Source: Bigelowiella natans CCMP2755 (Eukaryota; Protista; Cercozoa). Taken from it: a stretch of DNA of 64,000 nt. The notes under the pieces were generated by a model. That model searched no databases. It saw nothing but the letters and a program-made list of their open reading frames with translations, and was not told where the DNA came from. Of the stretch, positions 14,110 through 26,350 are shown piece by piece. Positions within the stretch are counted from its first letter, which is position 1. The number at the start of each line of letters is the position of its first letter. A program made the position numbers and the translations under genes. Where the stretch lies: contig ADNK01000741.1 in NCBI GenBank assembly GCA_000320545.1, forward strand, positions 42,914-106,913, given 5' to 3'.

Positions 14110-16100
14110 CCCCTGCTGAAATGCTGTGCATCATCTCACACTCTGTGATGTGTTTTTACATCCGATTTCTTTGTCATATGAGCGCATGCCATGGACACTC
14201 GTGTGTGCTGTCATGCCATGTGACATGCACTGTTTCTACACCAACAAAGAGCGTCTAGGCAAAAAAGATCATTGATGCCATCACAAAATCATGCGAACCG
14301 TAGTTCTAGATGTGTAGAGGCAAGCAACGGTGCTAGCAGGCTTTGCGTGTTTGTTCACCGTTTCTACATTTGCGCACAGGATGCAGTCTAGCAGTGCTTG
14401 GCAGTCGATCAGCGCGCCGCATGCGGCGTTTTTATTTGCTCTTAGCAAGCTTGGTAGCTTGCGCTTGCGACAAAAAGGTCTGGGGGCGTTCCCGTCTGAC
14501 TAGCTGAATGATGACCACTACGCGCTGCCCTAGCTGTGAGACGTCACACGTGCATGGTCATGTGACATGCACGCATGGCTCATGGAGTTTTGAAGAGTCA
14601 GACGAAGTAGTGCATGATGACCACGGTTGTGCAGTGGAGTGCCGACGTGCCATGTGTTCTCTGCAGTGCACAGCCCATCGCAATGCACATGCAAAACGAC
14701 GGTGCTGCGCATGCGTGCATTTTCATGCGCGCGATGAGCGTGCGCAAATGCACGAGAAGGCTCACCGAACTACTGGACTGGCTGACGCTGCACACAAGTG
14801 CTCAAATTTCAAAAAAAACATCAAAATTACCATTCTGGCGCAAATGTGCACCAAAAACAGCTGTTTCTAGGCATTTTGATGGTTTTCTTGAAATTTGAGC
14901 ACTTTTTGGTGTATTCTGATGAGAATGGTTGGCATCCATCTCAAAGCGCTGATCATGACGGCTCTGAATCTGCAAAAAGTCCGAATTTGGACCAAAACTC
15001 AATGCGCTAGACCAAAAAGTGTGCGTCGATTTGGTCGATTTGCGCACTTTTTGAGCTGCGCAAAAAGTGATGCAATTTCGTCTCAAATGGACTTTGAGAC
15101 AAATGGTTGTAGCTGCATGTTCAGCTGGCGTGATGATCACGATGCGCTACTTTTTGATGCATTTGGAGCAAATGCGCGAGCTCTGCGGTGCCCCAACATT
15201 GCATGAATTTTCAAGTGTTTTCATTTTTCAAAATGCGATTTTTTGACACAAAACGTGCAGAAACGTGTGCACCGAATGCGCGCGACATTTTTGCAGTTGA
15301 ATGCATCCACCTCGGTGCGCAGGGCAAAGAATTGTGCAAAAATTCCATTGCAAACCCACGCTACACGCTGCGCTAGCGCGCCTGAAAACTGCCATGCGCG
15401 GCTAGCGCGGCGAGGTTTTCCGCAGTTGTGAAGTGCTCAAAAATGGAAAAATCTTCAAAACTCAGGGAAACAGTGTCAGAAGCGTGCATGACGAGTCACT
15501 TGACTGCGCTGGATGTGGGGGGCAATGTGGGCAGGGCCGCCACGCCAGGCCATAAAGCTGTTCACAGGCTTGATCGAGCCACACATACGTCGCAGGGCGC
15601 TAGGGCGCCCCAGAGCTCAAGGGGGGCGGAAATGAGGGGTCCTGCGGCAAAGTAGGGTGCTTTTTGCGCGGCGCAGATTTCACTGAATTTCAGAAAATAA
15701 AACGCTGTGCTTTGGCTTGGCAAAGTACGTGCGGAAATGGCTCATCAGCGCGCCAAGAGAAGCCATTACCGCAGGCCCGCTTCGCATCGCGGCCGGTGGC
15801 GCTCGGCAGGGCCTCACTAGCTCGCAGGGCGCCTGCGATTGCCGTTGCCGGAACCTAGCCCCCCTTGCATGAGCTCTATGGCTAGGGCGCCCCGCGCTTA
15901 TCATGCATGTGCAGTGTGCACACGTGCACAGCGGCTACTACATTTTGCATGTCGCATGCATGTGCACATTACGCGGGAGGGTCGATGATCTTTTACATGT
16001 ACCGCCCAAGCATGTAGATGTATACGCTATACATGTCAGAATCCTTTGAGTGTACACACATCGTCATCGTCAGATGAGCGTGCAATGTGCAAAATAAGTC
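14110..16100. other. TpA-depleted domain 2
   Basis: The few TAs present are mostly CTAG, CTAC or GTAG; runs of TGCA/CACG/CATG. Lies between a plus-strand 3' end and the ankyrin gene 3' end. Confidence 0.85.
14796..14904. repeat. Inverted repeat with ~32-bp arms (MITE-like fragment)
   Basis: AAGTGCTCAAATTTCAAAAAAAACATCAAAAT (14796-14827) versus ATTTTGATGGTTTTCTTGAAATTTGAGCACTT (14873-14904), 2 mismatches. Confidence 0.8.
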
Positions 16101-16301
16101 TTGTATTGCAAGCTACAAAATGTTAGTACGATCGAGGTACCATGCACGGCTACATCATATTATTCAAGCTTCTGCTTCCACATTCGTGCTCTCATGCGAT
16201 TACCAATTTGCATTGATGTTACCCACACAACTTGTCTGTAACTGCTTGTGACGTACTGAATAGCCAGCTTTATCAACAAATATTAAATTATTTTGGTAAT
16301 T

Positions 16302-19232
16302 CTACTTCTCACCACCAAACCAATCTCCTGCAGAACCCGACTTTGTCTTCTTTTTCGATTCCTTTGCCTCTCTTCTTTGTTTCGATGACTTTTTGTCCAT
16401 TTTTTTCTTGTGTTTTTGTAGGACTTTGAGGGCATCGTCTTTATTATCAGGCCGAAGACCTTCATAGGGTGAAAATCCAAAATTGTTGCATATAGAATCG
16501 TCCGCGCCCTTTGAAATTAGGTAGCTGCCCAGATCTTCGTAGTGATAATTAAATAAAAAGTGCAGTGGTGTTTGGCCTTCCATCTGAAAAGAAAACAATA
16601 GTGAATGAGATACTCACGTCAATTCCGATATACAAAATAAAATCATTATCAAGTAAGTATATGTTACGTTTTGCGCGTTGAGATTTGCTCCCCATCGTAA
16701 GCACACTTTAATCATGCGCTTGTGGCCGTTCTGGCAGGCAATATGCAGGACGGTATTTCCATGCTTGTCAACTGTATCTGGATCTGTGCCCTTGGCAAAG
16801 TCTTGTTCCACATCGGTAGACCTGTTATTTCTCGCCTTGGTAAATAGCTCTCGTTTCTTAGCCTCCTCGAACATGTCTTTCTCTGCTTGCTTGTTGAGCT
16901 CGTTGTCCTCTTGGTCTTGAAAACCACCGCCTCCCGCTGCTGGTGCCCCACCGCCTTGGTTTGCAACAACGAGAGCATTGCTGTTTCCTGCGGCAATGGC
17001 AGGGACCCCCTTCTTTCTAGCACCACCAATAGCTCCCCCTCCCCCCCCCCCTGCAGCAATGTTACTCGACATCTGAGTTTGCATCGCAAGGACTTGGTTG
17101 AAGAATGCAAGCTGATTGACAAGTATTTGATTCATACCAGCGGCCATACCACCCATGCCTCCTCCTCCTCCAGCACCCATGCCCATGTTACCCATCATAC
17201 TACCATCACCTCCTCCTGCATTATTTGCCATACCTCCACTCTGACCACCAAGTGGGACCACTGTACCCGCGTTGGATGCTGGACCAGCAACCGTAAGAGC
17301 CATGCTTTTTGCGTCCCCTCCACCATTTTTTCTTGCCACTGGTGCCTGAATTGCAGGACCTCCCGTACTACCAGTGGGCACCGGCTGTCGAGATGCCTGA
17401 GCATTTGGAGCAATTTGTTGCATATGATCGACTGGCGCTGCGTGCGAAGCTGCGATTTGTTTGACATGTTTCTCTGCCCCCGGCCTCGTCATGCGCTTAT
17501 CAAAGTAAAGCTTTGGCTGCAGCAATCTGAAACTTTTAGGATTATTTTGAGCGGACATCTCCTCCAAGCACCGTCTGTGCAGATCGTTAATGTCTTTGGT
17601 CCATTCTGAGAGCATCCGTACTTCCTGTTCATCAAGTGTTACCTGAGTATCCCTCGGGTGCATAAACAGTGCGTCGCCGGTATATACGCTCTCATCGTCC
17701 TCACCAATTGCAGCTTCTACCATTTCATTAGGATACCGATTTGCAGAGACATCAACAATCTCTGGGGGTGTAATGTTTAGAGAAACTGCACTTTGAATAT
17801 CTTCTCCAACGTCCTTCAATCGGCAGATTGATGGGATAAACCTTGCCGTTGCTGGTTTAATTTCGATGTACTTCGGGTACAAGGATGGCACCTCATTCCA
17901 CCTCGACAGCCTCTTAAATTCTTTAAGATCAGCCTCCTCGATCTTCGAGTAGTATTCTGGAGGATTTTCTGGCGTGTACTTTCCAGTTAGCTTGTGTTGA
18001 ATCTTAAAAATTACACATGAATTGCTCGGAGTAGGAAACATCAACGTGTCGCTTGTATCACGTGCTTCCTGTATGAATTCGTTTACATTTAGCAGTTCCA
18101 CAGTATCTGCAAGATCAGATTCTGCTGCACCTTCACCCGCTACATGTTTATCTTCTATCGCAAGTTTATAGTCGTAATCTTCTCTATGCGTTCCATCGAC
18201 ATTCCTCTGATTCATCCTATCCATATTTAGTTTGTCTTTGGCCTCTTTCTCCTCGTCTTTGACTTGTTCTTGTTCCATTTCACGCTCAAGATTTTGAACT
18301 TTACACTCGACAGGTTCTTCCTTCCCCTCGAATGAAACAGCCCATAGTCCAGGACTGAAGGTTAGGTAGGAAAATTCAAATGGTATTAGGAATCAGATTG
18401 GTTAGGTGAAACTTACGCTATCCATTTCGAAAGAACTCCTTTCTCTTGCGGAAGCTTTTTGTCCGGAGGGATAAAAGTAACTCGATCTCCAGGAGCCCAT
18501 TTAGACCCTTTCAGTGCCTTCTTCCCTTCCTTTCCATCGTCTTCCTCATTAACCTGGGTACCCTTTTCAGCCTCTTCCAATTCTGCAGGAGGCTTCTTCA
18601 TGTCTGCTTGATTGATGGACGGGAGACTAACGTTTTCTTTCGGCGACATAGGTTCTTGGGGCTGAAAAAAGTATCACAGGTTCTATATTAATGTACTATC
18701 AAAACTCACAAGCAAGTTTTTATACCTTCTCTGGACGTCCGGGAAGGGCTGGGAGAGAGGACTTTGGGGAAGTCGGACTTTGATTTTTTGTTGGGCTCGT
18801 TGGTGCATCTAGTTGTGAGTCCTCAGGGCGTGGGGGCCCTACTCGTGGCTCAACCCCACCTTGCTCTTTCAATAATTGCTCCATTGTCGGCGTATCTTTA
18901 GTAAGAAACCGATCAAGGAGAGCTCCAAGCTCATTATCTGACATGATTTGTGCTCTTGGATTTTCCTCTCTCTTCTTCGCCGTATTTCTTTTTTTCTTGC
19001 CCCGAAAATACGGTGACCTTGCATTCCGCGTATGAAGATACTGATTGAGCGGTGTGCTCATCGGAAACTTCTCGATATATTGAGAGGCTTTATTCGTGAC
19101 TACATTTTGCTGCTGTATTGAAGGAAGTTCTAGGGGCTTACTTGCGCCCTGAACTGCATGGGGACTACCAGATTTTACTCCTCTATGTTTGTAGTGATTC
19201 AATAGAGTGTCAAGATTATCCTTGGCCGCCAT
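16302..19232 (-). CDS. Large protein with C-terminal ankyrin repeats (4 exons)
   Basis: ORFs 18720-19232, 18413-18649, 16614-18278 and 16302-16598 join by short GT-AG introns. Ankyrin motifs DKHGNTVLHIACQNGHKRMIKVCLRWGANLNAQN and EGQTPLHFLF...LISKGADDSICN. Confidence 0.85.
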
Positions 19233-20094
19233 TGCTTCTTAACCCTAGTATGTGGGAACAATCACGAATCCTTTTCTTCCTTGATATCGAATTTATTGAC
19301 CTTATCTCTAAGTTTTGAATATTCGCTTTGAAGATAAGATGTTTTTTATTTCTCCTCTCCGGGTCAATCTGTGAAGTGTAGAGCGAGTATAAGGGGGGAG
19401 AGAATGAACTACTGGGACATCGCCGTTTTCACAGTAACTGACAGCTCCCAGAATATGGGGAGCATTATTCTATGTACAATCTACACTGAATTCACATGGA
19501 AAAGTAAGAAATCACAACAATTTATTATAACGACATACTTAAAAATGCCTTCTTATTTATTTTTAGCACAATTTTTGTATTTTGTTCCTTGCAATTACAT
19601 CAAATTAATCTTAAAAAAGCCAGGAATTATTTAATTGCTGCAAAGAGAATTGGGGAAAAAGTCATATGTAAGATGTTTCCGGTTATAAAACATGTCCAAT
19701 CTCAAAATATGTTCAATTGTCATAATAACTACTCATTATTCGCAGTAGGGAAAAAAACCTCCCGAAACTTTCCTCAAAAATCTGGAATTCTTCTTCTCGG
19801 TGCGCATCACATAAACAAGTCTTAATTTATGTCCAGCTGAATCTATGCTATCGCGTAGAAGGTGAATAATATCTCTCTGCGACCAACTACTTAGCGAATT
19901 TAATGATAATTATCTGGACACATAATACCGAGAATGCAAAGCTTAGTACTTAATAAACAGGAGTAAGAAGTAGTACCAGAGGAGCACCAGTTCTCGGCAT
20001 TCATTTCGTCATCACTCAAGAATACGAGCTCAGGTTCGTTACGAGGTTGTGAGGGTGGGAGAAATCGAATCTAAAACACTCTCCGTGTATATTA

Positions 20095-21506
20095 ATGCAG
20101 ATGATACAGAACCAGGCTGACTTAAAGGTATACAAAGTAAATAAAATGAACCATTATTGTGTTCATAGCTTGTGTTTTAATCAGAATGTCATATTCTCAC
20201 CTGATGGGGGAGGCGAAGATCCTCTCCTTGCTTCAAATTCAAATGATTTACCATGGCATATGTCTCAGAATGATGGTTCCGGTAGTCGTTTATCTTGCTT
20301 GTAGTCTCCTTGTGATTTCAATCCACCCTTAGTTCTCTGTTCCCTCCTCACAGCTATTCAAAATTCGGGCAGTACTGGAGGGTTTGGTGGCACAATCGGA
20401 GGGAATATTGGGGGAGGGATGTATGCAGGGCAAGTAGGGGGCTCTTACTTGCACAACAGAGGATCAACTAGTTCAGGAACGGCGTTAGGGCAGCATCAAT
20501 ACTCTGGGGGTGGGGGGGTTGGGAGATTTGGCATGGGGATGAACGAAGGAGAAAGAGTCGTTGCAAGCCCTGTAAATTTTGAAAATGAACCCCCGCTTCT
20601 CGAAGGTCAGCTGATAACATTCTTGAAACTGTGAATCCAATAAGGGAGGATATTGAAAATGATCATTATTCTTCCACTGAATCTCTATCTGATATTGTAC
20701 TCTTTTCTTAATATTTTTCCATTGTGGAATATTGGTCCCACCCAAATAGAATTAGGAGTCAACTTTGGACATATCACACAAAAGACGTTAGCCGTGCTAA
20801 TACCAACAAAGACATTAGATCATCAAATCATGGTAGGTGTCCACCGGCGAGAAGTACTCTTCAGCTCTAATAAGCTTTCATGTGACATTAATTTCAGGCT
20901 GATACTGACATGGCAGGACCTTTGTGCTTTTGCCTTTTGCTGGGATTTTGCTTACTACTGGTACTAAATTTCGGTTAATCTGTACCCATTTGAGAAATGA
21001 CGTCGTGCGTTGGCATGTACATTGAATTTATATGTCCTGACGATATAAAAATTAAAAATTTTCGCGACAGACGGGAAAGATACATTTCGGCTACATTTAT
21101 GGTTTTGGATTAATCGGATGCCTCGGAATGTATACGATATTAAATCTTATGAGCGAAAATGCCTCGATAGATTTTTATCGGACAATGTCGATACTCGGCT
21201 ATTGCCTCCTTCCACTAGTTTCACTTGCAGCTCTGCATATCTTCATCAGTTTAAAGTAGGACATCTAACACATCCAAACATGCATTTGAGTTCTATTACC
21301 ATTTCCTTTTCACTCCTTACCTCCCGTTTGATCTTATTTTCAGGGGTGTATTCGGATTCATTCTTGCGGCAGTCACAATTCTTTGGTGTACAATAGCAGC
21401 CACGAGGTTTATCGAAGCCACCTTAGATATGCGGCATCAAAGATATCTTGTGGCATATCCCTTGATGCTCTTCTATTCATGTTTTGCTTTGATCACTGTA
21501 TTTTGA
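20095..21506 (+). CDS. YIP1: Yip1-family Golgi/ER membrane protein (YIPF5/YIPF7-like)
   Basis: FENEPPLLE|ELGVNFGHITQKTLAVL, DTDMAGPLCFCLLLG, GKIHFGYIYGFG, MSILGYCLLP, RYLVAYPLMLFYSCFALITVF*. Stop at 21504-21506; start uncertain. Confidence 0.92.
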
Positions 21507-21899
21507 CCGAGCTTAAGACAGGCAAAATAGTTGATAATACCCAAGCCTCACAACAAAATATAAGTGCTGAGTAGTCCCATCAGTACAAAGGCATCAATGG
21601 ATTGGATGCATGGTTGCTCCTTGCTCCCTTGCGCATTCTTTTGCTTTCACTGTGCAATGAGATAGTTTCCTGTCACATTCCGAAGGCAGGTGACACATAT
21701 CAGCATTGCTACCCTGTTTTGCGGCGAGGTGAACATCGAAGCAACGGTCCGTCTCAAACATGGATCATCAATCCAGCACGCATGCTAGCATGACTGTGGC
21801 GCTGCGATGCATGGGCCACGATGCAGCCTTCCGCTCGAACACGAGAAGTCCCGCACGGCGGACTTGTGCGGACCAACGCAACAGAGCAGCACTTGCAAG

Positions 21900-22830
21900 C
21901 ACGCACGTCGAACGTGCCAGCACGACGCTCAACGTAGGGCGACATGGCGAAGTGAAAAGCTCACTTGTTTGTGGAAGTTTCTCAGAACTAGAGAAAGTTC
22001 TCACATGGCAAAGTGAACAGCTTTTCACTCAAGTCGTGATTGTGACAATTCAGACGTGCACAACTCATCGGAACTCAAAAGTCCAAGTGCTGACCAATTG
22101 AGGAAAGAACTCAACCGCACAAGTGATCAAGCAACCTCAGAACGTTCTGACTCAGAACTCAAACGACCAAGTGACACAAGAACTCAAAAGTTCAAGTGAC
22201 AAAGCAACTCAAGGACCAAGTGACATTGCAACTCATCGACCCGCCACGCGACTTCAGTTCTCAACAAGAGACCTCATTGCACCACGCCCAACTGGCCAAC
22301 CTGGTGTGGCGCACGCCAGCACAGCGCCACGATGCAGTTTGCCGCCCGACCACGACGAGCCCCCTGTTGGCCTGTGCTGGCCCGACAAGGCCGCGTGCAA
22401 AAGTGCACACGTTGGACACGGCCAAGTGGCGCTCAGCGTGTCGCGACATGGCAAAGTGAAAAGCTCACTCACTTTGCGGAAGTCTCTCAGGAGTTTCGCG
22501 CATCGCGACACGGCAGCGTGAAAAGCCATGTCGCGACATGGCAAAGTGAAAAGCCATGCGTCGTCGCACCTGCAACAACGATTCAGACACATCTCATCAG
22601 AACTCAAAAGTCCAAGTGACGACAGAACTCAAAAGTCCAAGTGACACATTGAGATCAGAACTCAACTGCACAAGCAAGCAACCAAGCACACTCAGAACTC
22701 AAACGACCAAGTGACATCAGAACTCAAACGTTCAAGTGACAAAGCAACTCAAGGACCAAACAACGATGCAACTCAACGACTCATGCGACTTCAGTTCTCA
22801 ACACGAGACCACATTGCACCACGCCCAATG
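21900..22830 (+). repeat. Degenerate tandem repeat array (two ~550-bp superunits with short subunits)
   Basis: Recurrent AGAACTCAAA...C(C)AAGTGAC and GCGACATGGCAAAGTGAAAAGC; 22150-22290 is similar to 22690-22827. Confidence 0.85.
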
Positions 22831-23703
22831 CTGCAACAATCGACAGCTGCACTCGATGCAGAACGAATCGGTTGCATGCGAGGGCGCACATTGCTGCAAC
22901 AATCGACAGCTGCACGTGATGCAGAACGAATCGGTTGCATGCAACAGTGCGTGTGCGTCTCAACTTCAACCCTGCGACACGCGTGCTTCTGCACACGTGC
23001 GCAGCACCTCAGATCCACCACCGCGGCACGCTGACCGATCAGCGTCACCCATTCCGAAGCACGCAGCTTGCCTCGACGAAGATTTCAAGGACAACAGCCC
23101 GGCTGCGGCCGTTCTGCATGCGAATGGTTTCAATGCCGCGTCGCATCATCGCACCGCGCCTGCTGCCATGCAGGCAAAGCAAGTTCAGACAATCAACAAG
23201 GACATTGACAGCATGCCAACTCCCACGCAAGCGATGAGTGCACAAACCGAAGGCGCGACACTGGCAATGCTGCAACAATCGACAGCTGCAGCCGCTGGTG
23301 CAGAACGAACCGATTGCACGCGAGGGCGCACATTGCTGTGACAATTGACAGCTGCACGAACCGGTTGCGTGCAACAGTGCGTGTGTGTCTCAACTTCAAC
23401 CCTGCGCCACGTGTGCTCCTGCACTCGTGCGCAGCACCTCAGGCCCATCACCGGGGCACGCTGACCGATCAGCGTCACCCACTCTGCACGCAGCTTGCCT
23501 TGACGACGAGTTCAAGGACAACAGCCCGGCCCAGCGGCCACGGCCGTTCTGCACGCGAACGGTTTCAATGCCGCGTCGCACCATCGCACAGTGCCTGCTG
23601 CCGCCACGCAGGCTGAGCAAGTTCAGACAATTGACAACAACAATGAAAGCACGCCGACTCCCACGCACGCGATGAGTGCACAAACCGATCACGAAGGCGC
23701 GAC
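22828..23703 (+). repeat. Tandem duplication, ~440-bp unit
   Basis: 22828-23262 is similar to 23267-23703, sharing ATGCTGCAACAATCGACAGCTGC, CTCAACTTCAACCCTGCG, GGCACGCTGACCGATCAGCGTCACCCA and GCGATGAGTGCACAAACCGA. Confidence 0.9.
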
Positions 23704-26350
23704 GTGACAAACCACGCCATGCGCACGAGAAACGTGCACGTCACAACTGCGTCAAACCCAGTGACAATTGGGTTTGACCATCGTGCAGCACACAAAGCAA
23801 AACGCAAGTGCCTTCCAATGCGTCGAAAGGTTGAACGAACACGCCAGCACGTGTCGAAGCAGGACCTAGCTCAACCCACCAGCAAGAAAACCCAAGCACC
23901 CAGCGGCACAAAACGTGTTTGACTTTGACTTGGACGTCGTCACGTTGGACGCACGGAAAAAGGCGGCGTTTGGCCGGAGTTTGTTTGCGACGCACACGTT
24001 GTGGTCAGCAAGCCAGCGCTTGCACCACGCAGCATTGTTCCGGCTGTCCGGCATCCAGTTGGTTCACTTGCCCAGTTGCCGAAGTCAACGCGTGCGAGCA
24101 ACAGCACGATCGATGTGCGTGCACGTGTCGTCGACGTGCACGAGCGAGTGCCGTGACAGCTTGAACCTGACCATCGTGCGTGTGCATGCCATGATTTCTT
24201 GTGCGCACACAATTTGCATGGCCGGACAAGTTCACTTTGCATGAGAGATGGTGTGCAGACATGCAACACCATCCTGCATGCACATCATGCACGTGTGACA
24301 TCACGTGACACGAGATTGACATCATTGCCATGCACGACGAATGCATGAGCATTGCTTCGGCAGAAGCAAGCACGAAGTTGAACGAAGTCCAGACCAGCTG
24401 AGTTGAGTCTCAATTTGGGCGAAAACGGCTCAGCCATTGGTTCCAGTGCGACAAGGACACTTGTCGCAACCAGCGAGTGAGTTGGGGGGATTCCCCCCAA
24501 ACTGCTGCAAACCTGCGGAGTCAGATCCCAAGATTCGCAGATCGATTGCCCCAGACAGACAGCCCTCGACAGAGGTCAGTTGGGAGTTCATTGCAGCGAT
24601 TGCAGCCATGTGCAGCACGCATCTGAGAGCCAAGTTTCAATTCGTTTGACAGGGTTTTGGTTGATCTCCAATTGGCGCACTTGACTTGCGTTCTCACGAG
24701 TGCCAAATTGACTTTTTGAGTTTTGTCAGCTCGTGCGCCAATGTCATGTGTGTGTGCATGTGACTGGCCTGCACACGAGCCAACAAAGCACGCCATGTGC
24801 CCACAAGCACAGGCCTGGAGGTGTTGGATTGCAAATGCACAGCTAGACGTGCATGCGCCGCTAGGCCGGGTCACACACGTCCTGCAACCGGTTCCAGATG
24901 CGCAGCACGTGCACAACTAGCCACTGATGCGGGCCAGAGGGGTGTGTCAGGACGTGTGTGTGTTTCGTCGGATGGTTCGTGTGCGCTTCAGAACGTGTGT
25001 GCTCCAGTGCGTGTGTGCACGACAGCCAAAACACACGCACCAACTTGGTGCACGTGTGGGCAAGAACGTGTGTGTGAGTGAACGCACGTTGTGAAGAACG
25101 TGTGTGTGTGCAACGCTCTCCGACGTGCACGTTTTCGTGCGTGCACACAACAGTGCACAAACACAAACACAGCCTTCGTGGCTCCATTGCAATTGCACGC
25201 AGCAACCGTTGGCCGTGTGAAACGTGCAAGCTTTTTGAAAACGTCCAAAGTGTGCTGAGTGTGCAGGCAGGTGGAAAAAAAACGCAGCAAGTCTGTGCCA
25301 GGTTTGCTTGCAAGTTTTGCCTTGCACACATGCCACGCACCAGCTAGCCAGCGTCTGTGGGGAAGTCTAGGAGTGCACTTCAAGACATGGAAATCACGTG
25401 CATTGCAGCACCACCCAGTCATGCAGCTAGTCAGTACACACGAAAGCAATGTTGCACGTCAAGAGCCCGCACATGCATGCAGTGCATTGCATCTGCACCT
25501 AGTCTCTAGAAGTGTTGTTTGCGTGTCATGGATTTGACCGTCATGCCGCATTGCATCGAGCATGCTAGCATGTTCACAACAAGGTCACCTAGTCACCAAA
25601 AGTGGTGCAACATGCAATGCAAGCTTCGCACACATGACAGACAATTGCAGGACATTTTTTTGCAGGGACTCATGAGTCCATGTGCGTGCACGTGCATGTG
25701 AACACATGTACCTGTGCTTCACGTGCACCCAAAAAAACACACGTGCTCTTTTCATGTCCACACATGCACCGAACAAACCACGACACATCTGGACATGTCT
25801 AGATGTGCCAAGGCACATGTGAGATGAAAGGCACATGTGAACTAGTCGATGCACATGTGAGACGGAATGATAGACACAGTAATAATCGGATGTAATGTAA
25901 TGAAGTGATTAAATCTTTTCAAGCGGTCATCCCGATGTAGCTGCACATGTCACAGACAGCTCACACGCATGGGGACTTGCAAGTCCATGCATTTTGGTGG
26001 GCCGGCTAGCCGGCAGCATGCAAGCAGCCCGCAGTGCAAGGCACGCAGTCACTACAGCGACGCTTTGTTTGGGCATGGTGGCTACGTGCGCTTGAGCTAA
26101 ACGATGCAATTGCTTCTCAGCAGCCGCCCTTTCAATGCATGCTTATCAGGAAGGTGTACACCATATGTCGTCAGATCACACCGTGTCACGCAGGCCTATT
26201 TGCATGCAAGTTACTTTCAAATAATTTGTATGACTGTACATTTGTTTACACGCGCAGCACACGCGTACGGCATCGCATACGCATTTATTGTACGTTGATG
26301 AGTCCCTTGTCGCCAGTCCCGCGCTTGCAAATTGCAACAAAAGGCAAAAC

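Larger units (their letters stand above)
21600..26150. other. TpA-depleted domain 3
   Basis: No TA read in ~21992-23865 or ~23870-24842; the interrupting TAs are CTAG. Lies between the convergent 3' ends of Yip1 and RING-TPR-DnaJ. Confidence 0.95.

Noticed and set aside
16678-17609. Plus-strand ORFs overlapping the ankyrin gene, and similar antisense ORFs over other genes
   Set aside because: Shadow frames of real coding exons with no independent motifs.
21900-22830. Short repeats with variable intervening sequence, superficially CRISPR-like
   Set aside because: Repeats are degenerate and irregularly spaced, the intervening sequences are themselves repeated, there are no cas genes and the context is eukaryotic.
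23866-24070. Protein-like fragments NWMPDSRNNAAWCKRWLADHNV (minus strand) and 54950-55490 (plus strand)
   Set aside because: They may be decayed coding relics, but I recognise no family, so they are not annotated.
24445-24502. Hairpins plus CTAG as Helitron 3' ends
   Set aside because: The hairpins (TGCGACAAG..CTTGTCGCA, TTGGGGGGA.TCCCCCCAA) have no adjacent CTRR, CTAG survives throughout all domains, and no Rep/helicase is seen.
21754-26109. Dense overlapping Cys/His/Ala/Arg-rich ORFs in all six frames (also 1-910, 14508-15904, 32133-36328, 43135-45118, 54402-56784)
   Set aside because: A by-product of TA loss: TAA/TAG stops and Tyr codons vanish and TGY/CAY codons rise. No domains, except the relics listed.
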